Below are positions 27,276 through 40,014 of a stretch of DNA of 64,000 bases, in pieces. The DNA is taken from contig JANJGN010000018.1 in NCBI GenBank assembly GCA_026770705.1, positions 78,182,001 to 78,246,000 of the forward strand, read 5' to 3'. Source of the DNA: Isurus oxyrinchus. Its lineage: Eukaryota. Every line of letters begins with the position of its first letter. The first letter of the stretch is position 1. Below the pieces are notes generated by a model. That model was not told the origin of the DNA. It was given only the letters and a program-made list of their open reading frames with translations, and searched no databases. A program made the position numbers and the translations under genes.

Positions 27276-28471
27276 ATGCAGTCTGTATTTTATACTAATG
27301 AACAAGATTACTTGGTTCTTTCTGAGAAGTACTGCAAGCATTCAGAAGAGGGCCTGATGAATTCTTGTCTTAAACTATGGAAGGTAAGCAGATTGTCAGG
27401 AATAGTTTGGTGGCGAAAATGCTTGGTGCCATGTATGTTGCAGCTGTGATTCCAAGGTAACATGCTGTGCTCAGCGACCACTGACAGCCCTACTAGTTTA
27501 CCCCCCTCTAAGTCACACTGTAATGCCATGACATTGTGCAGCTGTGATGGACCTGGTCAAAGGACAACAGTGTGGGTGCATCCTGGGTGGCAAAAGTGGA
27601 AATGGATGGGATAATGAGCATGGCGCTAGCTGTTCATCATTCATCCATCCATTGAGGCTTGGCAGCTATCTACATGACTGTATAACATCTGTACAGGTAC
27701 TAGTGGCAAGGCGAAGCTATCTCCATGGCTGTGTCTTGTGAATCCATTCTGTGCTTCCAGTGGTTCAGTAGAGTACACATTAATTAGGCAGCAACAATGA
27801 CAATTCTCCCATAGGGAAAGCCCATGATGGGCCATCCATTCCAGGGTCAGCTAACAGTTGGACAACATCTACAGCTTGGCAACTCACCTGACATGGCAAT
27901 GACATCGCCTTCGAGGCACAGGGACTTCACCATTGATGACCTACCTCTCAAATGGGCTTTTCTGAAGGCCCAGTTTTTATCTGTGCCTGAGTTGCCCAAC
28001 CTGCGCTGGGCCTGCCTCTAGCCACTCTTTACTTCTGGAGTTGCCCACCTTAAACCCTATTCTAGCCCACCCCCCAGACCGAAAATTAGAATTTGGACAG
28101 ACAGTTTTAGAGGTTGGGTTCGCAGAGTGGGCAATTCTCCTGTCTCTGCGCACTCAAACCGGGATCGAAAATCTGAACCTGAGTCACAAGGAGATACTAG
28201 AGCAGGTGGCCAAAAGTTTAAGAGGTAGATTTTAAGGAGCGTCTGAAACAGAGAAAAAGGGGTAGAGAAACAGAAAGGTTTAGGAAGGGAATTCCAGAGA
28301 TTAAGGTAGAACAGGAGGTGAAAACGACAAGCCTTTTTCTCTTAATCTCACTGAGCCACAAGGTCAAAACGTGCAAGGATATTCAAAGTTATCGATAATG
28401 GCTAGGATGAAAAGAAATAAAATAATGGCCCATAGCAAATGTTTAAATGATGTGAGAAAGGAGATAACTAT

Positions 28472-28624
28472 TGTGTGTGTGTGTGTGTGTGTGCGTGTGA
28501 GAGTTTGTGTGTGTGAGTGAGTATGTGAGAGTGTGTGTGTGTGAGAGTGTATGCATGTGTGTTTGAGAGTGTATGTGCATGCATGTGTGTGTATGTGTGC
28601 GTGTGTGTGTATGTGTGTGTGTGC
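28472..28624. repeat. (TG)n-rich compound microsatellite
   Basis: About 150 bp of tg/gt dinucleotides with ga/ta interruptions. Confidence 0.95.
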
Positions 28625-28721
28625 AAGTAAGAAAGTTTCCTACATGTAGATGAAAGACCCTTTTACTTTTTTTGAGTGTGTATATTTAATATGAATGCCC
28701 ATTCATATTTTAATTGGTTTA

Positions 28722-28900
28722 GGCAGGGAAAGGTAAATTATGTTGGAATGGAGGAGAATGGAAAAATTCTGTTTTTTGTTTACCGCTAGTGTTCAGTTGC
28801 TTTAGGAACCTTCCTTAAAGGCTAATGATTGCTGTTTAACCATTACCTACAGCTGAAATAAATGTAGTTTTCTTCTTTCAGTGTTTTGTGTCACTGAATC
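28722..28900 (+). repeat. Dispersed repeat shared with 100-290 (unclassified, possibly LTR-element internal sequence)
   Basis: gggaaaggtaaattatgttgga.tggaggagaatggaaaa...cagtgttttgtg.cactga is present at both loci. Confidence 0.7.
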
Positions 28901-29931
28901 AAAAGCTGGTTACCCCTTTGTGCTCTGGTTTATATGTTTTAAGTTTAATCATTTGTTAAAATCATTAGAGTGTAAAATTCCACTGCAGTGTTGACTGTTT
29001 TAAACGTCAGTGTGAATGTTAATACTTGAAGCTTTGGGGCACTCCGCTGTCCTTAACTCCTCATGGAGAGGAAACATGTTTTTTGTTTATTTGTGAGAAT
29101 TCACCTCTTCTTTAATTTCTAATTATAGCTGGCTGACAGAGGTGCCTGAAGAAAGAAGAACTAAGACAACAAAATTTCTTTTCCCTTTTGTTTTCTTTAA
29201 AAGGCACATGCTATTTTGTTTTACATTTAGTTGCTTAACTATCAGTTTAATTTTAGGGTGATAAAGGTTGAGTTGTGAAAATTGGAATTTCATTTCTGCT
29301 CAGGGTGAACTTCAATTGTTATTTTACATACGTGTAGATCTTTAACTCCAGATAACGAAACTTGCTCATATTAAACTATTTATTGGTGCAAATGGCCATT
29401 GGAAAACAAAAAAAAGGGAAAGACTTTAGAAACAACAGTGGAGTTTCATTTGGAATTTGAAGAAGTTGAAAAAAGAATGGCAGTTTAAACTTACAACAAT
29501 TTGAAAAAAAACTAGTTCAACCTGTATTCTTTGAGGAAAATGAAATTTGAGCTTCCCTCCAGCTTCCTATCAATGGAGTGTGAAACAAATGAAGTTAAAG
29601 CATGCGATTTGGGGTTTTTCCATTGTTCAAGAACAAGTTTCAAATTACACTGTGTGGCTTGTGCAATGTCTTTGTTCTAAAAGTATGATCAAGGAAACTT
29701 AATGTGCTTGCGGACTATGCCAACAAAAAGGGGCAAGGGTCTTATGAGCTGTGGCATGGGTCTTGGACCTTACTGAGCAAGTAGCAGGGACTATAGAGGA
29801 CAGATAATAGATCTGGACCCTGACAAATGGTGTGATCAGAACAACAGCACCTTTTGATTTTGAACTATGTAGAAGGCCCATTAGAACCAAAAATTTGGCA
29901 GGTGAATGAAGCTGATGCAGGAAAGAAAGGG

Positions 29932-31928
29932 ATGGTAAAAATGGGGCTCTATGTGCTGGGGTTGTGGGGGGGGGAGGGTGGATTGCTCTGGAGCAAATGC
30001 CAAAGTGAGCTTAGAACAAAGGAAAAGACCCCCAGCATCCAGGCCATCAGTCTTACCTGAATTAAAAGAAGGGAGGTCATGCCCTTCAGAGAGTGCTATG
30101 AGCAACAATGGATTAGTAATCATATCTACCCAAGACAAGGTCTATCATGACATAACCTATACATCAGGTCCAGTTATGATTAATTTAAGTAACCTAACCT
30201 TACCATCCTAGTAAAAGCAAAATATTGTAGATGCTGGAAATCTGAAACAAAAACAAAAACTCAGCAGGTCAGCATCTGTGGAGAGGAATACAGTTGACGT
30301 TTTGAATCCATATGACTCTTCATCAGAACTAAGGAAATAGAGAAATTAGGTGAAATATAAGCTGATAGAGGGGGGTGCGACAGGTAGGGTTGGATGGGGG
30401 GCCAGTGATAGGTGGAGGCAAAGAAGAGATTGCCAAAGATGTCATAGACAGAAAGACAAAGGGGTGTTCCCATCCTGGTGTCTACCAGAAACCCATGCAC
30501 TCACAAATGCAATGTTAACACAGTTATTGTCGGAATATGAGAGGTCAGTGGAACTGAAAATCAAAGGGAATAAGTATAACATGCTGAAGGAGGAAGAGAG
30601 AAATGAGGTGGCAGGAGTAAAAACAAAAATGAGGGAGAGATTTACTTAATGATGGGGCCATGATTTTTCACACTGGGATGTCCATAATGAATAGCCTAGA
30701 TGTAGCAAGTTTGGAAGCGTCAGCACAACAGTGAAGTCGAAGGTTAGGGGAGATTATCCTGGGGATAGCAGAGACTCAGAAGCAGGTGGATACAGAAGAG
30801 GAGATAGTGTTAGTAAAGTTAAGTAATCTAGTGGAAGATGAGGAGAGCCAGGCCCACATTATCAATGAAATTATCAAGGAAGGGAGAAATGTATTTTGAC
30901 AGGCAGCTGAGAATGATATCTATGGTTTTTGGCTTGTGGGACAGACCATGGCTAACTTTAGGAAGATCATAAGAAGGATTTACCCTCCTGGGTTACAGGT
31001 GAGCACCTGAAATGAGCCTCAAACATGAGATGTCAAATGATACCATATTAACAAGGGATCTAACCCAAATGATTCTAGTCCCAAAGGACTGTGACAAAAA
31101 TTTGCTTATGCAGTTGGCATTGTTATTGCTAATCCCAATTATTCCAGAGACCACAAAAGATAATCCCTTAGTTAGGATTCAGAATTTGGGCATCATTCAA
31201 GATTCCAGTTGAATCAAATATTTACACCCTCCCTCCAGGCTAGTCTGGATGGATGGGACTGCATGGGTAACCCCAGATTTGGGAGGCTCTCAAAGGAAGA
31301 CGAATGTGTAGGTCTGTCCCTATAACCTGTTTGATCATGAAATTCCTTTGTGCGAGTTTAATTGATATCAGGAGGCCATCAATTGTATTATGGTAATTGA
31401 GGACTTGGATAGTGTTCCCATTCAGATGGCTTATAAGGGGCATGGGGAATATTGTTACAGCAGTAAGCATCAACTCTTTGTGAAGGGTAACCAATCGTGT
31501 CCCATAAGCCATGAGAGATGCATTGTACCTACTTGGCTAGGAGACATTGGAACATGCAAAATGTACCTGATTAATGTGTCACCTGGTCTTAATGTCACCA
31601 TTGGGAATGGAATGAGTGGTCATGAACTGACCACATATGTGGCTAATTTCAGATATGATATTCCCAACCACCAGAACACCTTACCAATTTTAAAGATAAA
31701 ATAGGAGGCTCAACTACGACATTCTAACAAATTATCCAAAAGACTGGGGAACTCGAGCAGGGGATGCCTGAATTAGGCGGAGATCCATGGTGGAAGGCAT
31801 TATGAAACTAGGGCCTGAACCCCCAGGTACATCCCTGGATAAGAGTGATTTCTCATGTTTTGACGATTGTGCAACTTGTGATTGTTATACACCCATTAAC
31901 TGAGGTGTGTAAACGCCGTAAGATGTGA
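29932..31928 (+). pseudogene. Decayed endogenous envelope glycoprotein gene, class I fusion (F)-protein-like, lokiretrovirus-type env candidate
   Basis: Collinear ORF pieces 29951..30211, 30350..30649 (3' part), 31012..31212 and 31390..31704, plus intervening frames. Order: N-terminal hydrophobic stretch; YTSGPVMINLSNLTLPSWC; basic cleavage region; GMSIMNSLDVASL; heptad-like region; Cys-rich domain; DPWWKAL; TM-like WIRVISHVLTIVQLVIVI; basic tail CKRRKM. Multiple stops and frameshifts. Confidence 0.72.
30213..30469 (-). mobile_element. Penelope-like 3' end fragment inserted in the env relic
   Basis: Matches the Penelope 3' UTR. 10-bp TSD ccatcctagt/ccatcctggt (30203-30212, 30470-30479). Removing it rejoins LSNLTLPS-WCLPETH. 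Confidence 0.85.
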
Positions 31929-32286
31929 AGGGTGGTAAAAACCTAAGCTTTTGTGTCACAAATGGTGATTAAATGCTATTTTGAGTATTGCTGAAAGAAG
32001 AAATATTTTTGTCAAATATTTTCATCTTGCCCTCATCAAGACAATTCGCAAGAATACCAAATGGAATAACAATTTATTCTGTATAAGAGAGCGCTGATTG
32101 GATGGTAAGTGGACTCTGATTGGTCATGACGTTGCCATGGAGAATGTACTGTGACTGACAGTTAACTGCCAAGTATTGTCTGAAATTCAAACCAGGCAGC
32201 TTGACTCTGATTGGTCAAAGCATTGCGCTGAGGAATGAACCAGCAAATGGCTGTCACTTATTTTGTTTAGCTGAAACAGGCACAAT

Positions 32287-35200
32287 GGCTGGGACTTTCC
32301 ATGCCCGCTGGTGTCAGGCATGTTTGGCTGCGTGAGGGGACAATATGACAAGAAGGCCAAAAATCAGTTTCTCAATGTCGTGAAACCAGTTAACGATTGT
32401 ACGCACCATCCTTCGATGCTGAGCCCTCATTTCCTGCTATCAGGCGTTGGGAACCTCATTCTAAAACACCTACACATCATTATGGAATTGGACCCCACTG
32501 GATCTTCCGCCCACGTCAGTGTGATTGCATGCTGACGTGTTTCACAACAGCATATGAAAGGTGTGCACTTGACAGGCTGCACTTTGAGGGGAACCCGGAG
32601 GTAGGTGTACAGTAACGTAGCGGAGCACTCACCCGGGTCGCCTGTTGCACTTCAAAGTTGAGGCCTTTTGGGTGGGGGGGCATGGGTTGCCCTGTGGTTG
32701 AGGCACGTTGGTGGGGGCCAAGGGCTGTCCTGCAGTTCAAGGTAGCACACAAGCATGTGCGGGGTAGGGGGTAGTGGGCAAGGGAAGCGGCCACTCAATA
32801 GGGAAACCTTGTATAAAGTGGCCATTCCTCTGTAGCTGAGACAGTTCAGACAGTCACATTGATAAGGTTCGAGTGGGGCCTATAGCTTCTCTGCCCATTT
32901 GAGCACTAGGAAGTTCGGAGGAACAAAGAGACCTTGACGTGTGTGTCCATAGATCTCTGAAGGCGGAGGGGCATGTTAGTGGGGTGGTGAAAAAGGCAAA
33001 TGGGACACTTGCCTTTATCAATTGAGGCATAGACTACAAAAGTAGGGAGGTCATGTTGGAGTTGTATAGAACCTTGGTGAGGCCACAGCTGGAGTACTGG
33101 TCGTCACATTATAGGAAGGATGTGATTGCACTGGATGGGGTGCAGAGGAGATTCACCAGGACGTTGTCTGGGATGAAACATTTAAGTTATGAAGAGAGGT
33201 TGGATAGACTTGGGTTGTTTTCGTTGGAGCAGAGAAGACTGAGGGGCGACCTGATTGAGGTGTACAAGATTGTGAGAGGCATGGACAGGGTGGATAGGGA
33301 GCAGCTGTTCCCCTTAGTTGAAGGGTCAGTCACAAGGGGGACATAAGTTCAAGGTGAGGGGCAGGAGGTTTAGGGGGAATGTGAAGAAAAACTTTTTTAC
33401 CCAGAAGGTGGTGACGGTCTGGAATGCGCTGCCTGGGAGGGTGGTGGAGGCGGGTTGCCTCAGATCCTTTAAAAAGTACCTGGATGAGCACTTGGCATCT
33501 CATAACATTCAAAGCTATGGGCCAAGTGCTGGTAAATGGGATTATGTAGGTAGGTCAGGTGCTTCTCATGTCAGTGCAGACTTGATGGGCTGAAGGGCCT
33601 CTTCTGCACTCTGTGATTCTGTGATTCCGAATCTGTGATTATGCAGAGGCATCAAAGTGCCACCAAGTGCTCCAGAGCTTTTCACCCCTAGGGCACAGTT
33701 TGCAAAGTAATTTTGGTGGACTGCAGAATAGTTGGATGACTGGGCACATTGTACAATCCCCTTGCTAAAGATGGCCATGGAGCAGTCACTGGGGGAGGCA
33801 CTCACAGGCTCTTGCAATGTCATCATCCCGGTTTGGACCAGTCTCCCCCATGGTTCAAGCTAACAGTGCAGCCTTGCAGTGCGGGTTAGGAGAATGCCTG
33901 TGCTTGAGCTGACAGCACAGCATGCAGTCCAATGAGCAAAGCTGCTGCCAATCAGTCAGGTGGCGTGGGGTAGAGATGAGTGGGATTTTGGGCAGCCATG
34001 CAGCGCACTAATCTCTGGCCATCCAAGTGGTGGCCAGCACACTCAAGGATGTGGTAAAAGGCCTTCAGACTTAACCAAGGCAGGTTCTTAGTACACACAC
34101 ATGCCTCTCTCTTTCAACCTGCAGGAGGAGTATATCAGAATCATGGAGCCTGGTGAACTAGCTGTATGCTTCGTGGCTCACAGAGAGTGAAGATGATGTA
34201 GAAGACAGTGACTGAGGCTCCTGGCTGCGCAGAGGAAGGAGCAGCACCATCTGGAAGAAGGGGCGGCTGGGGCTCCCGCACACGCCACCAAAGAGCCAGT
34301 GTAAGCCGTCGCTGGTCGGCACTTAGCGACACCCAGGGTCTGTCGGCACTGCCTTTCATTCCTGTAATTTACCAAGAACTGCTGAAGTGCTGCCGAAGAC
34401 TGCGCATGTCCAAGGAACTGGTCGGTCACATCTGCTAGCTACTGCAGGATTTGGTGCCACAGGAACATGGAAGACATCTACTGCCAGTGGCTGTGAAAGT
34501 GACCACCGTGCTCAATTTTTACACCGGTCACTCCTTTCAGGGCTCCACAGGTGACCTCTATGGGACATCACAAGCCTCCGTCCACAGATGCATCCATGAA
34601 GTCACGGATGCCATCTTTACGAGGTCACACAACTTTGTGCATTTCACCTGGGACCAGAAGAGCCAGGATGCAAGTGATTGGATTTGCCCATATCTCACAT
34701 TCCTCACAGGTGCAGGGTGCCATCGACTGCACTCATGTGATGCTCAGATCTCCTTCGCAACACGTGGTCAACTATATTAACCACAAGAGACTCCATTTGC
34801 TGAATGTGCAGCTGGTGTGCGACCATGTCAAATGCATCCTGCAGGTCTGCGCACTTTTTCCAGGGAGTGTGCATGATTCCTACATTCTCAGCTGGTCACA
34901 GATCCCCGACTTCCAGGGTCCAGAGAGGCTGCAGGGATGGCTCCTCAGGGACAAGGGCTACCTGCAGAGGATGAGGCTGATGACACCCATGCAGCGGCCT
35001 CAGACTGCAGCAGAATGAAGGTATAATGAGGCTCATGCTGCAACTCGCAACTTGGAGGAGCAAACCATCGAGATGCTGAAAGTGAGGTTCCAGTGCCTGG
35101 ACCAGTCAGATGGAGCCCTGCAATACATCCTCACAGAGTGTAGTGCATCATCGTTGCCTGCTGCGTCTTTTACAACCTGGTGCTGCAAAGGGCAGAGGAG

Positions 35201-37344
35201 CTAGCTGAGGAGGAGATGGAGGAGCTGGAGGTCCCAGTGTGGAGGGATGAGGGTGAGGAGGTCCTCGAAGGCGATGATGGGAATGAGGCCTTCACACTGG
35301 CCAGACAAGGCAGGTGTGCTCAGGATGCCCTCATAGCTGCTAGATTTGTGGAGGATGATAACCACATGCAGTGAGGACATTCCATAGATCTTCACATAGC
35401 CTCTGTGAATGTCTGACTCCTGTCTGGCCGTGGGCAGCTCACTTGTGCTCTGTGATCAGGGTCATATCGTTGAGAAGTAGCCATGAAACTTTAAAAGCAT
35501 CTGTTTGCCTTTAGCATCTGACCCCTTCAGGAGCACAGCGCCACTGATCACAGACGCTGAACAGGTGGGGGCCAGCCCCACCTTAAAGGTGCTAAAAGCA
35601 CACAGAGAGAGAATGATGATACTCTGCGACGCCTGCCCGGGGGGTGCACCAGCTGATCCTCCTCCCTATGGCTGCCCAAGGTCCTGTGGCTGACTCCTTG
35701 AGGAGAAGGGGTAGCTGGAGTGAAATCAAACTGCCCTGTCCACCTCTCGCGTACACACTGTAGGAGGCCAACCCTGATATCGGCAATGGAGTTGAGCCCG
35801 CATAGGAGTGACGTCCTGGAACAAAGTCTCCATGGCAATTACCATCCTACCAGTGTTGACCTCAGTGCGTTGGCAGGCCGGCGCTATCACTTCAGACTGA
35901 AGGCAGACGGACTCCTCCATCATGCCTTGCAATCTGAGGAGTGCAGCGGTCATCCCTTCCTGATGTTCCCGAGCTTGCCTTTGCAGCTCCAACAACTGTG
36001 ACATGACCGAGTTCAGAGGCTCATCATCTGATTCAGACTCAGCAGGTTTCTGGCCTCCAGCAGTTCTTCGAGTGCCGGACATTTGGGAAATCCCTGCTGC
36101 CACCTGCAGTGGATCAGACAGTGCGATATGCTCACCAGATTGTGATCCCGAGGCTATTCTAAAGCTAGATCGCATAGAGGTGTGTCTCTGTGCTGGTGGA
36201 GGGTGTGGGTGAGCACTGTGACGGGACCTCAAGGAGGGTGCCTTCAGATTCCTCTTCAGAGGTTTCTTCAGGGCTTTATTGGAGGCCCTGGGTCATGGAC
36301 TCCCTCAGCTGTTTCCCAGGTGTGCCTGCAAAAGCAAGGAGAGATAATTAGTGCATGGTAGTGGCCTGTGAAACAGGACACATCACTCACAGCATGGTTG
36401 TCTGGTGGATGTTGCACTGCTGGGTCCTCACTTGGTAGAGCAGCACTGAGCTCACTGTCAGCACAGGAATGGTCCAGTTTGATGCCAGCCAGCTGGATGG
36501 CTCTGTATTCAAAGTCAGCGAGGACCTTGATTTGGGGCATTCCGGCACCCGTCTGCAACTTCTTCCTCTTGTTGTGTGCCAGCTTACCCTGCATTAATAG
36601 AAATGAGGAGAGTGTAAGCAGGATGCCTGCCATGCCAGATGATAAGTACACCTGGCGTGTGTGGGTGGTGAGTGGTCCCATGGACGGAATGAGGACAATG
36701 ACGGTGTATGTGAGACAGTGAATGGTGATGCCCCTTGAACCAGCAGGGAGTGAGGGCCCTGTGGATGTGTGATAGGTTTGTGAGTGTGTGAGTTGGGAAT
36801 GATGAGAAGAGTGACTTACCATGGCTGAGGAGATCACTTGGAGGATACCCAAATGGAGGAGATCATTCATCCTCTTGCGGCACTATCTTCTTTTGTAGGG
36901 CATTGGTGCTGGCCACTGCTGTCACCGCCTCTCAAGCCGGATAGTGAGGTTGCCGCCCGTCCTGCAGCCAGAGCGAGCGTAGAGGACATCATGACAAGCC
37001 TCTACTGCATACAAAAGGCGCTTTTATAGCTTTATTGATCCTGGGGGCTGCAGTCTTTTTGCCTTTCAGGGCCATGTCTTCTTTGCAACCATCATGGGCT
37101 GGAAACACTGAGAGGTGCGCACGCGGCTACACTTTAAGTACAGTGCCTGGCGTGCTGAAGCGGCGAGGTGATGGCGTGGTGGACAAATGAGAGCCCGCCC
37201 ACTATGGAAACGGCGTGTTTCCCAGGAATGCATAATTAATGTGACGCATTTGGGATACAGCATGAAAAGCTGCCATTGCGGCTGGCGGGTAAAACGAGGT
37301 TTTACCCGCCCACTACTTAGCGCAAATCTGGGAAGATTCTGGCC
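32287..37344. mobile_element. Full-structure Harbinger transposon (transposase +, spliced Myb/SANT gene -, convergent), decayed
   Basis: TIRs ggctgggactttcc / ggaagattctggcc with AAT duplicated on both sides. Transposase about 34140-35374 (GAIDCTH, VHDSY, RDKGY, acidic tail). Myb/SANT pieces about 35590-37080 (MNDL, KLAHNKRKKLQTGAG). Confidence 0.9.
32907..33640 (+). mobile_element. CR1 LINE 3' fragment inserted in the Harbinger
   Basis: ORF 33053..33346 with LYRTLVRPQLEY...RLRGDLIEVYKI; (ctgtgatt)n tail; absent at the matching position of the 54935 Harbinger copy. Confidence 0.9.
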
Positions 37345-38452
37345 AATGTTTCTTCTATCTGCAAAGAACAGGGCCCTGCGTATTAATATATGTAGCTTCC
37401 AGAACATATAAATGTGCCACACTGTGAGCCCAACTGACAATTTTAAATTGGTTGTCAGCGTAACCCTGAGCACATTGAGGATTATTTAGCAAACACTGTC
37501 CAATCGCCAAATCACATCTAATGTTGGAAACTGTGTCTTGAGGTTTGCAAGCAGGGGTTGTTGGGTACGGTCCACACCTTGCCCATTGTGAACAGTGGAA
37601 GGGACATGCTGATTGATACAACCTGTCAGTCTTTGGGACGTACAGCTTACACACCTAGCATCACACTGGCACTGAAATTCATATTCCACATTACTCATTT
37701 GTGTGATAGGCAGAATGTCTTTTTGGCTTGATGTGGCATCCTGTTAGGGTTGAATACCACTCATGCTGCAGTGTGAAACAGCAAAAGGTTATTCTTTTAA
37801 GAGAGGGTAATGATGGCAGGTTTAAAAGCGAAAGGGACAGAATCTAAAGAGACCAAACCGTGAACAGTATCGGCTAACATGGGGACCAGGAGGGGAAGTT
37901 GTGTGGTCAGCAGTTTAGTGGAAATAATGTCAATAGAGGACAAGATGAGCTCAGAGTGGGCCTGAGGGAAGCTGGGAAAGAAACTAGAGAAGAATGTGAG
38001 TTCAGGGTTGGGCCTGGGGTAGCTTTTGAGGAAGTTTAGCTCGTGGGCTAGTGGAAGGGAGAGAAGCAGCAGAGACAGCTGATCAGTTTATCTCGATCTT
38101 AGTGGCCAAATTGTGCATGAATGAGAGTAATGGTCTTATTGGTCACTAGGGCATCAAAAGTGGAGGTGAAGGTGCATTTGAGCAGGTACATTGTGGCAAA
38201 TGGAGGGGCAAAGATTAGAAAGTTGGGATTTTGAGAGTGCAGATGTAAGTGAATTTGGCAATAGTTTTTTTTTTCCAGGGGTGGATACAGGAAGAGGTAG
38301 GGTTGGGAATGGAGGGGGTAATGGGTGGAGAATGATCCAAAGAATGAGTGCCACATTCATGTAAACATCTTACTTAAATCATAAAAGGCCAAAAACGTAA
38401 TTGGAATCACACAACTTAAGATTTTTATAACAAAACAAGTGGACATTTTTAC

Positions 38453-38758
38453 CCTGGTCACTAACAGAAATCCTTTCAGTGATGGGTGCAGACAGTGTTG
38501 AATGGTTCACTTGACAGGAATAATTTCCACCTTCATTCCAGTCAAATATAGAAAGATTCAAGAAACTTGTCATGGAGAATGAGCCATCACTGTTAGCATA
38601 GAGGGTCCCATTCTTAGTGCCATTGATGATTAACTGTCCATCTTTAAACCAGGATACTTGAATGATCTCAGGATAGAACTCCAGTGATGTGCAGATTAGC
38701 TGTAGATCTTCATTGGAGTAAGGCAGAGTCTCTGCTCGTAACTGGACAGTGGGAGCAG
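38453..38758 (-). CDS. Ig-superfamily VJ-C1 receptor, exon 3: C1-set domain
   Basis: 306-nt phase 1-1 exon (acceptor gattttcag, donor CAGG|gtaaaa), no stops: AAPTVQLRAETLPYSNEDLQLICTSLEFYPEIIQVSWFKDGQLIINGTKNGTLYANSDGSFSMTSFLNLSIFDWNEGGNYSCQVNHSTLSAPITERISVSDQ. Carries the C1 signatures LxC..FYP..I.V.W, NxDGSF and YSCxVxH. Confidence 0.93.
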
Positions 38759-40014
38759 CTGAAAATCAATTGTAATATGTTATTAGACTTCTATTGTGGA
38801 GGCTGTTTTTCAGTTTGTATTGAATATTCCCTCGGGCTTGGTGAGGACTCAAAGAGAGCAATTTTCAACTATCAACTATCTGTAGCTCATCTGAAAAACA
38901 GAAGATTGGCAATTGAAAATTGAGGAGGAGGCACCCTGGCCACCCCCTTGATGCCCAAGGACTCACTCGCGATACAATTTTCAGGTAAGCCTGTAAATGG
39001 GTGAGCAGCCCACCTGTCTGAAACGAGTGAGAGGTGACTTAAACATACGGCAGCTCTAGAACTCTGAATGTTATTGAGTGTAATTGGGCAGAGCTTGTAC
39101 TGTGAACACTCCTCCCAGTTCTATAAAGGCATTGAGAAGCCTATAGTAGAAGGTAGTGCCAGGCCAGGAAGGGCAGGGCTGCTCAGGCCTCACTTTGCAC
39201 AGTTTTGGATGCTACTTGAAATTCGCACCCGCACCCCACTCCCACTACCCCCACACAACCTCTTGTACCAAATACATTCTCATTTTGTGAACCAAAGTTA
39301 ACATAACTTCCTTTGTTACCAAGCCTGACCATTTACACTTACGTTAAAGCTCGTAAAAACACATAAAACAAGGAAAGAAAATGTTACACAATTATTTTGA
39401 AACATGTTAGGGGAATGTCAGTTTAGGTTTTTACTGTACGGCTGTCCCTCAGTACAGTATGCTCTCCTACCTCACATTGAATATACAATTTGTGTTTTCT
39501 CAACTTTTATTAACCTGGACCAAGTTCCATTTTTGCTATAGTGGCTTCCGATCTGACAATGCCTCAACTTTAAAATCCTCATCCTTGTTTTCAAATCCCT
39601 CCATGACCATGCCTCTCTCTATCCCTGTAATCTCCTGCAGTTCCCCTAATTCTGCCCTTTACTTTCAGATGCCAAGAGCCAAAGCTCCGTAATTCCATCC
39701 CTGAGCCTCACTGCCTCTCTATCTGTCTCTCCTCCTTTAAGACAGCCCTTAAGACCTACTTTTTGACCAAGCATTTGCTCGTCTGCCCTAAAACCTCCTT
39801 ATGTGGCTCAGTGCCAAATCTTGTTTGAAACTGCTCCTGTGAAATTCCTTGATACCTTTACTGTGTTAAAGGTGCTATATAAATGCAAGTTGCTATTGGA
39901 GTTTTTTCCTTTACCTCTACTTTTGAACTATAATATATACAGCTAAGCAAGTAATGTTAAAACCAGAGGAGTGATAAATGCATGGTGTTTTTGAGTTGTA
40001 GGTGTAAAACTCAC

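Larger units (their letters stand above)
31985..37770 (-). mobile_element. Second, older Penelope-like family (GIY-YIG + 3' UTR), split by a Harbinger insertion
   Basis: 37345-37700 (-) reads SNVEYEFQCQCDARCV...AIGQCLLNNPQC...VLEATYINTQGPVLCR. It continues at 32286 and below into a 3' UTR with a decayed hammerhead-like motif at about 32010-32044. Confidence 0.7.

Noticed and set aside
29932-31928. Functional co-opted syncytin-like gene
   Set aside because: Numerous stops and frameshifts and a Penelope insertion make this copy non-functional.
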